From the human T2T-CHM13v2.0 reference genome, Homo sapiens, in the NCBI RefSeq assembly GCF_009914755.1, contig NC_060939.1: 64,000 nucleotides of DNA, one strand, 5' to 3'. The position numbers and the translations under genes were made by a program. The notes below the pieces were generated by a model, which did not search any database, was not told where the DNA came from, and was given only the letters and a program-made list of their open reading frames with translations. Positions 1 through 12,603 of the stretch are shown here, piece after piece (the stretch's first letter is position 1; each line of letters opens with the position of its first letter).

Positions 1-890
1 TATACCTTAAGTAAAGAAATCTACTGGTTACCACCTTAACCAAGTAATCAAACATTACATCTCTGATCATGGGACAACCTGTCGTTATATCCTTCTGAGT
101 ATGTAATCACCTACAAAGTGTCCTTGCCAAATTATTTACCTAAATCTAATGAAGACATTGGACCTAACTTACAGTTTCAGGAAATCCAGGAACTGGAGAA
201 ACAAGTTAAATGACACTCTAAGGGAACGATAAGACAAACCCAGAAAATGGAATGTTCTTAAAAACAATTGGCCTGATATCTTCAAAAAGTCGTTAATAAG
301 CCAATACAAAGGTGGGTCTATTCTAGACTAAAAGGAATTAGAGTTATAACAACCAAATGCAGTTAATCTTTTCTGGCATTTTTGGCAGAAAAAAAAGCTA
401 GCTATAAAAACATTTTGGGGACAACTGGGAAAATTTGAATACAGACAACATATTAGATGGTGTTAGAGAATTACTGTTAATTTTCTTAGGTATAATAAAT
501 GTATTGTGGTTATGTGTAGAATGTCTTTACTCTTAGGAGAGTTATACTGAAGTCTTCAGAAGTAAAATGTTACAATGTTTACAATTTCCTCATTGCTTAA
601 TTTTACAATATATTTTTTAAAAATTTATGCTGCCTTGGCCTCCCAAAGTGCTAGGATTACAGGGATAAACCACTGCATCCGGCCAACAATTTACTTTTAA
701 ATGGTCCCACAAAACAGTAAAAAAAACAAACAACTCATTACATGTATCTATATCCATGCAGATCACACACACACACAAATAAAGAGAATAAATATGGTAA
801 GCATTTAAAATACATTAAAAACACGGTGCCCTGATATGCATTGTACTATCCTTTCAACTTTTATGCTTAAAAATTTTCATAATAAAAAGC
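1..890 (+). mobile_element. Old L1M (L1MC/L1ME-type) 3' region fragment, interrupted by a short minus-strand Alu piece at ~631-684
   Basis: Contains the typical L1MC/ME 3' motif 'ataaaaacattttggggacaactgggaaaatttgaata...attactgttaattttcttagg'; Alu piece 'gccttggcctcccaaagtgctaggattacagg'. Confidence 0.6.
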
Positions 891-1009
891 TGGAGATATA
901 TTATTTATTTAAAAAAGTTAACATCATGTATATTCTCAAAATTATGATGGTTAATTAGAGAACACTCAGAGTTGATATTTTGCAGCAATTAAACATATTT
1001 TCCCCCTCA

Positions 1010-1270
<261 letters not shown>

Positions 1271-1324
1271 AGGAAGAAAAATAGGATGCAAAACTTAATA
1301 GATGGCAAACATAGCCCGATCTCA

Positions 1325-1400
1325 CTTTTTATATTTGTCCAACACGTTTATTGAGTATCTATAATGTGCCAGGAACTCTTCCAGGTGCATAAGAAGTAAA
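1325..1400 (-). mobile_element. L2 3' end fragment
   Basis: 'tttattgagtatctataatgtgccaggaact' is the L2 terminal motif. Confidence 0.55.
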
Positions 1401-1649
1401 CACACTTAAAAGTTAATAGGATTGTCCCTGGCTGTTAAGATTGTAGGAGATCCTTATTAGGTTCTGATACTTTTCCAAACATTGCAAATTATATGCAGTG
1501 AGTTTTACAGTAAAAGTAATACACAAGCATTTTATTTAAGACCAGTCATCAGAAATTTGATGTAACTAATAGTCAATGTTGACTGTGCCCTTGGCAAGTG
1601 ACAAACAATCCCTCTTCTCTCTGCCGTACAGGGACAAATCCATTTTGCC

Positions 1650-2020
1650 CTTCCAATAACTCTTTGAGGTGAGTATTACTATCCCCCATTTTACACATAC
1701 AGAAGCTAAGCACTGAGAGGGTTGGTAATCTGCCCCCAAAGAACACTTGGCAATGTTTGCATTTTGGGTTGTCACACTGGGTGTGCGTGTAGAGGAGGGC
1801 GTTGATTAAGATAGAGGCCAGGGATGCAGCTAAACATCCTAGGATGTACAGGATAACATCCTCCCTGCTCAGCTTATGAATAGCTCCAAATGTCAGCAGT
1901 GCCAAAGTTGAAAAACCCTGGTCTCGGATCACTTTGCTGGTAAGTGGTAGAGCCCAGCGCTGAGGCCAGGCAGCCTGAATTCCAAGCCCACACTCACCAT
2001 CATCCTATACTGCTCTTCAG
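1650..2020 (-). mobile_element. MIR split by a MER20 (hAT-Charlie) insertion at ~1722-1922
   Basis: MIR core 'atcccccattttacacatacagaagctaagcactgagagg' resumes as 'gatcactttgctggtaagtggtagagc' after MER20 motifs 'gaggccagggatgcagctaaacatcct...gttgaaaaaccctg'. Confidence 0.7.
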
Positions 2021-2387
2021 TACTCTGACATACTAATGTATTGCTATTAAGTGTTAGACTGTTTATTGAAGGTAATTGTTGGTAACGTTATTGCTATCAT
2101 ATATGGTACTTTGTGATTTATCAAAAAATTTAAGGCAAATTATGAAAACAAATTCTTTTTCTACATGTTCAAAAGACACCTTTATCAAATTGACTAAAAT
2201 GGCACTTGATGTAGTAGAAGGGCATTCTTATGCAGTTAAGGTGAAAATTGGTGGAATTCATTGAAAAATAAATGTGCTTTGCATCAAAATCTTAAAATTA
2301 TTTATAACATTTGATGCAGAGATTCCACTTTGGAGAATTTATTCTACGAAATATGACAAAATCCAGATGCACAAATATATACCTATC

Positions 2388-2707
2388 ATTTTTTTCTTTT
2401 TCTTTTTCTTTTTTTTTTTTTTTTGAGACAGGTCTTGCTCTGTTGCTGAGGCTGGAGCACAATGGTGCGATCACAGCTCACCGCAGCCTCAACCTTCTGG
2501 GCTCAAGTAATTCTCCTACCTCAGCCTCCTGAGTAGCTGGGACCATAGGTGTGTGTCACCATGCCCGGCAATTAAAAAAAATTTTTTTATAGAGTTGGGG
2601 TCTTGCTATGTTGCCCAGGCTGATCTTGAACTCCTGGGCTCAAGCAATCTTCCCACCTTGGCTTCCCGAAGTGCTGGGATTACAGGCGAGAGCCACCACA
2701 CCTGGCC
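2388..2707 (-). mobile_element. AluJ inserted in an old L1M fragment
   Basis: Reverse Alu with J-type 'cacagctcaccgcagcctcaacc' and 'ctcctgggctcaagc'; T-tail. Confidence 0.93.
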
Positions 2708-4921
2708 TTTTTCTATAAAAGTAGAAAAATGGGGAGAAAGTTGTCTAAATGTTTAACGACAGAAGAGCTTAATAAACTGGGCACAGATGCTTGAGATAAT
2801 CTATGTAAGGGTGTGAAAAACCCATGTTAGCATAATATCAGGTGAACCAAAGAGAATAGAAAATCACGTACTTATGTTTGCAAGCAGGTTAACAAGTAGC
2901 ATCATTTAAAAGGAAATACTTCATTAGAGGTGCTGAATTATCCTAGTAAAGAGTGAATTTTTAAAAACTTTTTTCCTGTCTTTTATTATGTCTGAAACAT
3001 AGCGATGCATTTTTATGGAGTAAAAATAATCAAAATATGTTTAGGTGTACTTAAATCCCGGGAAGATCATATCTTTTTAAAAGGAAGTCTCTTTCTAAAA
3101 CTTGAAATACGTGTAAATAAGCTTATGACCTAGATCTGAGCACTTTAACAGTAGAAACAAATCTGAGAACGGAGCCAACAGTCCGTTCTCAACACATTGA
3201 GAAAGGACAATCTCAACACATTGTCTATATCGATATTAGATGACAAAATCTTCTCTCTGGCAATCTTAATGTCTCCTTCTCCCTCCATAATGACTCGATG
3301 CATAAAAATTAATCTTTTCCCTCCGCTTTGATCCCCAAGCTCCTTAGCGAAGATTCCATCTTGCTCTATAACACACGATGAAGCATTTTCCCTGTTATAA
3401 TGTGACGATGGCCCTACTGAGCACAACAATTTGAGTCGGAATGTGCCACAGCCAAAGGAGAAATCTTAAGAGGCAATTCCACCTAGAACTATTTGGCAAA
3501 TGCATAAAAAAGACATATTAACACAGTCTGAAAATTGTGCCCTTAACAATAAGAACACAAAACAGAGCTGGAAATGGGAGAGAGAGGTGGAGAGGGTTGG
3601 AGAAAAGGAAACGCAGAGGCAAGATGCTCTGGTGCTTCCAGTCCCAAAAAGTGCTGGTCATGTAGATCAGTTTCAGCCAAAAAAAAAAAAGCACTTTCGA
3701 AACTTTCAATAGAAAAGATTTTTTGTCAAGGCTAGGCAAAAACATTCTTTAATTAGTTTACTCAAATATTAAATCTGACATCTAGTATCTCAATATTAGC
3801 AAAAATGTGATAATTATAGCTGGAAGGGTTTTTTATTGAATGTAAATTCATGTATAACACTTTTAGCATATCTCACTCCCCATTGTTATCTTCCATACAC
3901 TGTTCACACTTAACTGGAAGCCTTGGGCTCCACTCTGAAATGTGATCTCAAATTCACAGTCTCCATAATTCCTTTTAATGCAGTCGCAGTTCAGTAATGA
4001 CCATGACAAAGGACATGTCATGTCTACCATCCCCAGGGAAGACAAAATCCCAAGAGATCCTGCCTGGCTAAGGGGAACCTGAGCTCCCAGGATGCCCAGG
4101 CTGCGGCAGAAGGGGCTTTCTGTATTCACTAGAGACCCATATTACATCGCTTCTCCACAGGGAAGGCTCTGTGTGCTTTTGGGCAGCAAACATTTTGACT
4201 GGGTTGGCTGTCAGTGCAGTGAAGGAGCTTCCCAGCTCAATCTTGTTATTGGCTTGAAGGAGAACAGAAGCAGGCAACATGTATTGAGTTAGGTCTGTGC
4301 AAATATGCATTTGTTCATTTTACCCTTGCAGCATCCTTGTCTTATAGAGAAATACTGGGACTAGGAGAGGTTAAATGGCATGCCCAACATCATGGCATTT
4401 GTGAGGGCAGGCACTCATGGCTCGGGCAGCATCTGAAATGAACACTCTGCCCTCTCTAGGGCTTGCTGAGGCGGGAGTGAGGAGAATGTATGGCCACATA
4501 GTGAACCGTGGACACCTCACCCCACCACAGAACTAAATTAATAAGCACATGCTCATGTGTAGGCTGACTCATATACCCCTTCTCCCAAATATTGACATAT
4601 CACTGTGGGTTCTTATAATAATATTGAGAAGTGCCAATGTTTTTATTTGTTTGTTTGTGGTGACAGCCACTGAACAATCTCCTAAGATTGGAATCTCAAA
4701 TGCCTACAACAGCCAAGCTTTTCTCAAGACATCAGGAAGAGGCGGGGATCATGGCAGCATGGCCTGCAAATGCCCCTTCTGAAAGGACCCACCCGTAGGA
4801 TTGGTAGCTCCTGTCACTATGGGCAATTGCATGCCTAGTTTGCAGAGCTTTGGATTTCTTCAAAGGATGCCAGAAACAAGGATTTTTATGTGAACTCTCC
4901 CAATTTAAAAAGATGGCAAGA

Positions 4922-5411
<490 letters not shown>

Positions 5412-5866
5412 CTAAATCGCTCTTTCCACACAGCCAGTGAAGAAATGGCCTGTCCACTTTGACAGTCTCTGTCATTTAATAGTAGTATTTGAAGAAAGGA
5501 AACGATGACCAAAAAATCCATATTAAAATATGTCTCAACTTCAAAATTGATGATCAGAGAAATGAGCAAAAAGTGAGAGGAATTTTACAGTTTAACAAAA
5601 TAGAAAAACTAGCAAACAAACAAAAAGGCATGGGTTGATATTAAACAAATGCCTAAGAGGAGTTCTGTTCCAACTCTCAAGGAGAGGTCCATCACAAGGT
5701 TTCCTGATGGAATTATTTTTTCCAGATACATTTCCTACTATCCATCCTTTCCACCTCATTACCATCTTGTTTCTCAGGACACTGATTTAGACATAGACCA
5801 ATTTCAGCAGCATTTTATTACTAAAATCCCCCTCTTGCAAATGAGGAATTCAAATGTGGAACATAA

Positions 5867-6183
<317 letters not shown>

Positions 6184-6606
6184 AATTCAGTGGAACATAA
6201 CCTGGTGCCCCCATTCATGCTGGCTTAGGCACCCCAAAGTAGTCTTCAGACAACCTCACTCTCTAGCAAGATGAGTGCTGTCGTGTGGAAATATGCTTTA
6301 GAAAGAAGGATTTGAATGCACTTTTTTTGCTTACGTAAACGTGCAGATGCAGGAAAATCTCATGGTGCTGTGTTGAGAAGTCAGTGCGAAGAACAAATTG
6401 TAATGAACTCACAGAAACGGGAGAATACTTGGGGAAATCCTACATTATTAGTTTGCTGTTAATTAAAAAAAAACTCTCTCCAACTGAACACTGCCTTGAT
6501 AAAGAACCTAAATTCCAGAAGAAAAATAATCCTAGTAAAATAGCTCAGGTATATATATTTCTAAGTCTAAACACAGCCACTTTGCTGCTATGTGTGGTAG
6601 GAAGGC

Positions 6607-7401
6607 TGTGGTGTTATAATACATACCGGTCTTTGTCCACGGTTTCTGGCTGATAGCCATAGCCCTTATTGCAGTCTTTTGTTATAATGTTGGGTGTATG
6701 AGGCCACATGGGCAGCCTCTGACCTCCTCCTGCCCTCCTTTCATCTGCTCCAAGGCAAGACTCTACTTTTCCCCTGCCTTTCTGATTGTGGGTCCTAAGA
6801 CCCTCCCATGAGAGGGTCCCACCCCTCTATACCTTGGGGAAGAAATGCTTACATCATGAAGCTTCCATAAAAACCCAAGAGGGCTGGTGTCAGTGAGCTT
6901 CTGGATAGCCGAACTGCAGGTTCCTCCAGAGGGTCCAGGGAGGGCATGGACCCTCTGGAGCCCTTCCCCCATTTCCTGCCCTAAACATCTTTTCATCTGT
7001 ATCCTTTGCAATATCCTTTATAATAAACTGGTAAATGTAGGTAAGTGTTTCCCTGAGTTCTGTGAGCTGCTCTGGCAAATTATTTGAACCCAAAGAGGGG
7101 ATCATGGGAACCCCAACTTGAAGCCAGTTGGTCAGAAGTTCCGGAGGCCCAGGCTTGTCACTGGTGTGTGTTAGAGGGGGCCAGTCTTGGCTGGGGACTG
7201 AACACTCAACCTGTGAGATCTGACGTCGTCTCCAGGTAGACAGTGCCAGAAATGAATTAGAGGACACCCAGCTGGTGTCCACTGCTTGGTGTGTGAGGAA
7301 AAAAACCCCACACATATAGTCACAGAAGTCTTCTCCTGTGTTGATGATTATTGTGATGTGAGAACAGAGGAAAAACATGTTTAGAGAGAGTTTTCCCTAC
7401 A
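6607..7401 (+). mobile_element. MER21-family solo LTR
   Basis: TG...CA ends; characteristic 'ctttataataaactggtaaatgtaggtaagtgtttccctgagttctgtgagc' and 'agccagttggtcagaagttccggaggcccagg'. Confidence 0.8.
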
Positions 7402-7529
7402 CGGAAGCTGTCTTCTCTTTAGTTCGTCGGGTAGAAGCAAAGAATTCCATAGTCTGGGCAATTTGTTATCAAGTGCGACTTCAGCTCAGGTCCTTGATTC
7501 TGTAGTCTGTTATTTCAGTGGCAGCGACA

Positions 7530-7790
7530 GTTTGATTAAAAAGGTATGGAACCCAGCTAGAGGACTTGGGTTCAATTCCCCACTCTGCTGCTTATTTGCT
7601 CTGTGACCTTGGGCAAGGCCACGCTCGTCAGGCTGTAATGGAATGGAGAATGTGTCCCAGAGGAAACTGAGGTGAAATTTCAACATCTACTCCACTCTTA
7701 CAGGCTGTGTGAACCTTGGGCAAATTCCTTAAGATCTCTGAGCCTAATTTTCCTTGTCCTAAAAGTAAAGATGAAGATTTTAAAAATCAC
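7530..7790 (+). mobile_element. MIR fragments
   Basis: 'ctgtgaccttgggcaag' and 'ctctgagcctaattttccttgtc' MIR core motifs. Confidence 0.65.
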
Positions 7791-7797
7791 AAGAGCT

Positions 7798-8087
<290 letters not shown>

Positions 8088-9404
8088 TTAATCATTAACA
8101 ATTAATAATACTACTGATATTAATAAGGTTAACAAAAATGGACAATAATGCCATCTTCATAGGATCATGATGATTAAGTGATAGAAAATAGGAAGTCTTT
8201 TTGTCAACCAAAAAGATATATTCATGTTAATGATCACATGTAACAAAATTTTAGAAGCATCTAGAAGAGTCCATGGATTACAAACTCTTATCTGTGCCCT
8301 GTAATATCTTTATGAAAAATTAAATTACCTTTTACTGAAAAATTGCTACAGAGTTTAAAACATATGGACCTGGAATCTCTATTTGAGGATTTTAGTGATC
8401 TTGATAGTATACCAAGGCATTAGTGATGGACCATGTGTCTTTTCCTAAGCCTGTTTTGCTCTGGCAGAAGGTACAGAAAGAATGCATGTTTCCTGAAATT
8501 TGGGGAGGGTAGGCAGAGCAGACAACAGCCTGTGCCGCAGAGAGGAGAGATAATCTCTATGTGACATGATGCAGAATTCGTGGCTGGGAGGGCTGCAGGC
8601 GAACTTGGCTGGCTTTCAGAATGGACTTCTCTTAACAGACACAGAGGAAGTTGTTAATTCTTAATAATACTAATAACAATAGCAGAACAGCTGCTTCCTC
8701 AATTATGGTACAGGGTGTTTCATTCTATCATCTAGTCTTGTGCAGCTGCAACACCAGCATACCAGGACAATTCCATCAAAAGTACCAACTTCACATTTAA
8801 AGAGGTGAGAAAATGAATCTATCAAAATGTCTCCTTGATTTGGACGTCAATACATTGGAATGTGTGGTGAGGGTTAGGCTGATGTTCCCCTTTGCTTGGC
8901 AAACTGCCTCTTCATTGATAATGCAAATTATGACTGCAAACGGCATCTCTGGGGGGTATTTAAAGTGCTTAAGGGAACACGCTGCACACTTCAGAAGCGC
9001 TCCTTTTATATGCAATTAGTCTGTTCATGACACATCATTCTTATCATTCATTAAAGTAAGTCCCTGGCTTAGTTGGATGCATTTTATGGATTTATAGTAT
9101 CACAGGAGCTCAGAACTGGCTAGGGCCTAAAGGTCATCAAGCTCACGACTCCTCTGTGGGTCATCCACATCCAACATCCAATATCCAACATCCGTGCCTG
9201 GGCTACTTGCATTTCTGCCCCAGTCCAGTGAGAGGCCACTCTGGATCTCCTCAGGCAGCCCTTGGAAAGATCACAAACTCTGGAGTGGTGAGGACCTGGA
9301 TCAAATCCCAGCTTCATCCTTTACCAGTTACAGGAGCCTCTGTTCCCTTATGAGGGTTGTGTGTGCTGTGCCTGGCATATGGCATATTTTTTTGAGACTC
9401 TTTT

Positions 9405-9630
9405 AGCTCCAAAAGAGACTGATGGTAGATTAGTGGTTGCCAGGGAGCAGGGGGTGACTGTAAATGAATGTGAGGTTTCTTTTTGGCTAATGGAAATCTT
9501 CTCCAGTTAGATTGTGATGATGGTCGCATAACTGTGAAAATTTACTTAAGTCATTGAATTGTACATGCAACACAAGTGAATTTTATTACATGTAAATTAT
9601 GCCCCCATAAAGCTGTTAAAAAAAGATAAA
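9405..9630 (+). mobile_element. L1M (L1MB/ME) 3' end
   Basis: 'gtagattagtggttgccaggg...gattgtgatgatggt...attgaattgtac...cataaagctgttaaaaaaa'. Confidence 0.75.
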
Positions 9631-9864
9631 AAATATCTAGCAACAATTTTTTTAATTACAAAAATACCCAAGGTGCTAAGCATAGTATACATAAGATAAA
9701 AGCTAATTTGGGGTGTTGCAGGAGGAAGTATATGCAGTTAATGAGCAAAAATAATTTTAGGAAATCATCTGCTTCGTATTCTCAAAAAAAATTAAAGAAA
9801 AATTGTCTCTAGGAAAGATAATTAAAGGTAAGATCATAGAACAGACTGGGGAAAATTGAGTATA

Positions 9865-10185
9865 GATCCCAAATCCCTTTAAAGAAATCCATGAGACCAA
9901 TCTGTTTAAGAATGCAGGATTTTTTGACTTTTAGAAAGGTAATATGGGGCATTTTCCATAATTACATAACACCCCCAACAGGGTATGTGGCAGCATCTCA
10001 TAATTAAACATATTAATATTTCTTTAGTGAAATGTATGAATATTCATATTAAGTAGGATAAATGCAAGGCTATAAATAGACTCAGGTCAGCTCAGGTCCG
10101 GATTTGCCATCCAGTGAGTTTGCTACAAACTTCAGAGTATGCTTGGCTTGCCAGACTTTTGGATCTCAGGATTGGAGAACTGGGG
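9865..10185 (+). mobile_element. MER46C-like TcMar-Tigger DNA transposon
   Basis: 'ttttagaaaggtaatatgg...ataacacccc...gaatattcatattaagtaggataaat...tgagtttgctacaaactt' matches MER46C as recalled. Confidence 0.7.
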
Positions 10186-10766
10186 CTGTGGTTCATATTG
10201 TTATCACACACATCATGACCTTGCCTTTCCTTTCTCTCCTTCTTTCTCCATGTCATAACTCTAGGGACTGGGACAGTCTCTCCCAAGGGAGAGCCTGAAG
10301 TTGGGGACCAAGCTTGAGGTTAGATTGGAATTTTTTGCTCTGTCACTACTGAGCTTAGATGAGAGTGAGCTAGTGAATGAAAAACAGAGTAAAATGGAAA
10401 TTTAAAATTGGAAATATTGTCCAGGATGAGATGAACAAAGAGGAAAGAACCAAACGTTTTTTTAACATAGGATAACAGATAGATAGTGTACCCTTAAATA
10501 ATAGCACAAAAGCACAGGCAGCAGAAAAAGATAATTTTCAGGTTAGATTCATTAATAAATTCTGTATTATTTACTTGGTTTGTTTTCTATTTGCTTATTT
10601 CAAACTTACTTTGCAGAAGTTTTTGAATCTTGCAAATGATTTACCACCTGTCCTTTAAACTCTTTGATGCACACTCTGTGAGTGGCCCCATCCTTCCATC
10701 TCCCCTATGGGACCCTGGCCCAACAGGAGTCCAGGGTACTTGTCACCATGCTCAAGAAAGTGTGGC

Positions 10767-11075
10767 AGCCGGGTGCAGTGGCTCACGCCTGTAATCCTGG
10801 CACTTTGGGAGGCCGAGGCGGGCGGATCACGAGGTCAGGAGATCGAGACCATCCTGGCTAACACGGTGAAATCCCGTCTCTAGTAAAAATATAAAAAACT
10901 AGCCGGGCGTGGTGGCAGGCACCTGTAGTCCCAGCTACTCGGGAGGCTGAGGCAGGAGAATGGCGTGAACCCAGGAGGTGGAGCTTGCAGTGAGCCGAGA
11001 TCACGCGGCTGTACTCCAGCCTGGGCGACAGAGCGAGACTCCATCTCAAAAAGAATAAAAAATAAAATAAATAAA
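10767..11075 (+). mobile_element. AluY, TSD aaagtgtgg
   Basis: Y diagnostics 'ggatcacgaggtcaggagatcgagaccatcctggctaacacgg' and 'gaatggcgtgaaccc'. Confidence 0.96.
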
Positions 11076-11849
11076 GTGTGGTGATAAGTGATGTGACCAC
11101 AGTCTAGTGACAGTGATGTGACAGCCTACCATGGCCAGGTGGACCATAATGTACATCCCTGAGTTTCAGAGGAGCCCTGTTCCACTAGACTCCAAACTCC
11201 TTGAGGGCAGAGACTTTGTCAATGTTCTCTCTCCAGACCCCAGTGAGCTGCTCAAAAAACACATGTGGATTAATCAAATATATGACAGGTCAAATAAATC
11301 AAATAACAAATAAAAGCAGTTTGATAGTTTACTATCTTGCTGATTGCCAACCCTTGCTCTAGGATCAAAAAATAGTTCATAGGAAGGGTGCTTTTCCTTG
11401 GGGTCTCCTCCTTCTCCCTCAAGTGATATGGGTTCTTTGAAGCATCTGTTTCTCTTTGTTGGGTTGATATCCCGCAGCCATAGCTGCTGGAGGCAAGCTG
11501 ACCCTGGGGATGAATGGAACGGTATGCTCTCTTCCTAAAAAATGAACATAGCTTCTTTTTTATATGTAATTATTTAATGACACAGGAAATTTACATGTTA
11601 TGAAACAAGCTGATTACAAGTAGTAGATAGAAGATTACTTCATTTTTGATAAAAAAAAATTAAAGAGCATGAACAGGAATATAAAAATTAGATTATGTAC
11701 AAAATACCAATAGTGTTTACTTCTACTCAGTAATTAAATATTCTTCCCTTTTCATCTTTTTAGAAACATTATTTCTGAAATAAAAAAGGAAAACATGATC
11801 CCGGAGAGAGTTATTACACACCAGAAATTAGGAATCCAAGAAACCAAGC

Positions 11850-11955
11850 CAGGAGCCCAGCAGTCAAGGTTGGAAACCCAAGACAGGAGCCCGACAGTCA
11901 AGGTTGGAAACCCAAGACAGGAGCCCGACAGTCAAGGTTGGAAACAAAAGACAGG
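11850..11955. repeat. 34-bp tandem repeat x3 inside the DDX18 retrocopy 3'UTR
   Basis: Unit caggagcccgacagtcaaggttggaaacccaaga at 11850, 11884 and 11918. Confidence 0.95.
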
Positions 11956-12537
11956 TCCAGCCAGGGTGATGACGGTCAAGCCCAGAAATGAAGATTGTTC
12001 TCTTCTTTTCCTACTGGAATGTTCTTTACCAAACAGTTCCCTCTACATTTAATCTTCTCAGTGCACTTACGTTTAATGGGATCCTATGATTAACCGGCAC
12101 AAGAGCAAAATGATGCTAGCAACTTTAGTTTTAAATTGCTACAAAATGTACTATTTTGTAGTTACATACTATACAAAACACACTTGAAATCAAGTGCTCC
12201 TACAACAAAAAAACCCATCTGACTAAATCACCAATTTTGGTGGTTTTTTTTTGTAATTTTGTTCATTTTCAATCTTCATAGCAAATGCATTTTTTTGCTT
12301 CGGGGCCTAGAAGAGGTAATTTTTCTCAAAAATAAGCTAACATTAATATGTGCTGGGCACTATCTGATGGCTTGGCTTTAAGTCCAAGGTAGTTGGCGGC
12401 CTTGTCTTCTAAGTACTCTGTAGAGTGAAAAGGCTTACCAAAATCCAAACCACCTTGAAATAAAGAAATCCGAATTAGGAGCATCACCATTCTTTGTGTT
12501 TTTTTAAAGTCTTTGCTATGTTACCAAATGAAGAAAT

Positions 12538-12603
12538 GCAGTATATTACACCTCTATCGATGGAAATGAAGCACTATATTACACCTTTATTGATGGAAAT
12601 GAG
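12538..12603. repeat. 33-bp tandem duplication inside the DDX18 retrocopy 3'UTR
   Basis: gcagtatattacacctctatcgatggaaatgaa / gcactatattacacctttattgatggaaatgag. Confidence 0.9.

Noticed and set aside
6890-7378. 162-aa minus-strand ORF
   Set aside because: Lies wholly within the MER21 LTR.
11850-11955. CRISPR-like 34-bp repeats
   Set aside because: Head-to-tail tandem units with no spacers, in primate DNA.
12243-12252. T-run as the 3' end (poly-A tail) of the DDX18 retrocopy
   Set aside because: No matching TSD there; the TSD and poly(A) signal lie at 11546-11578.
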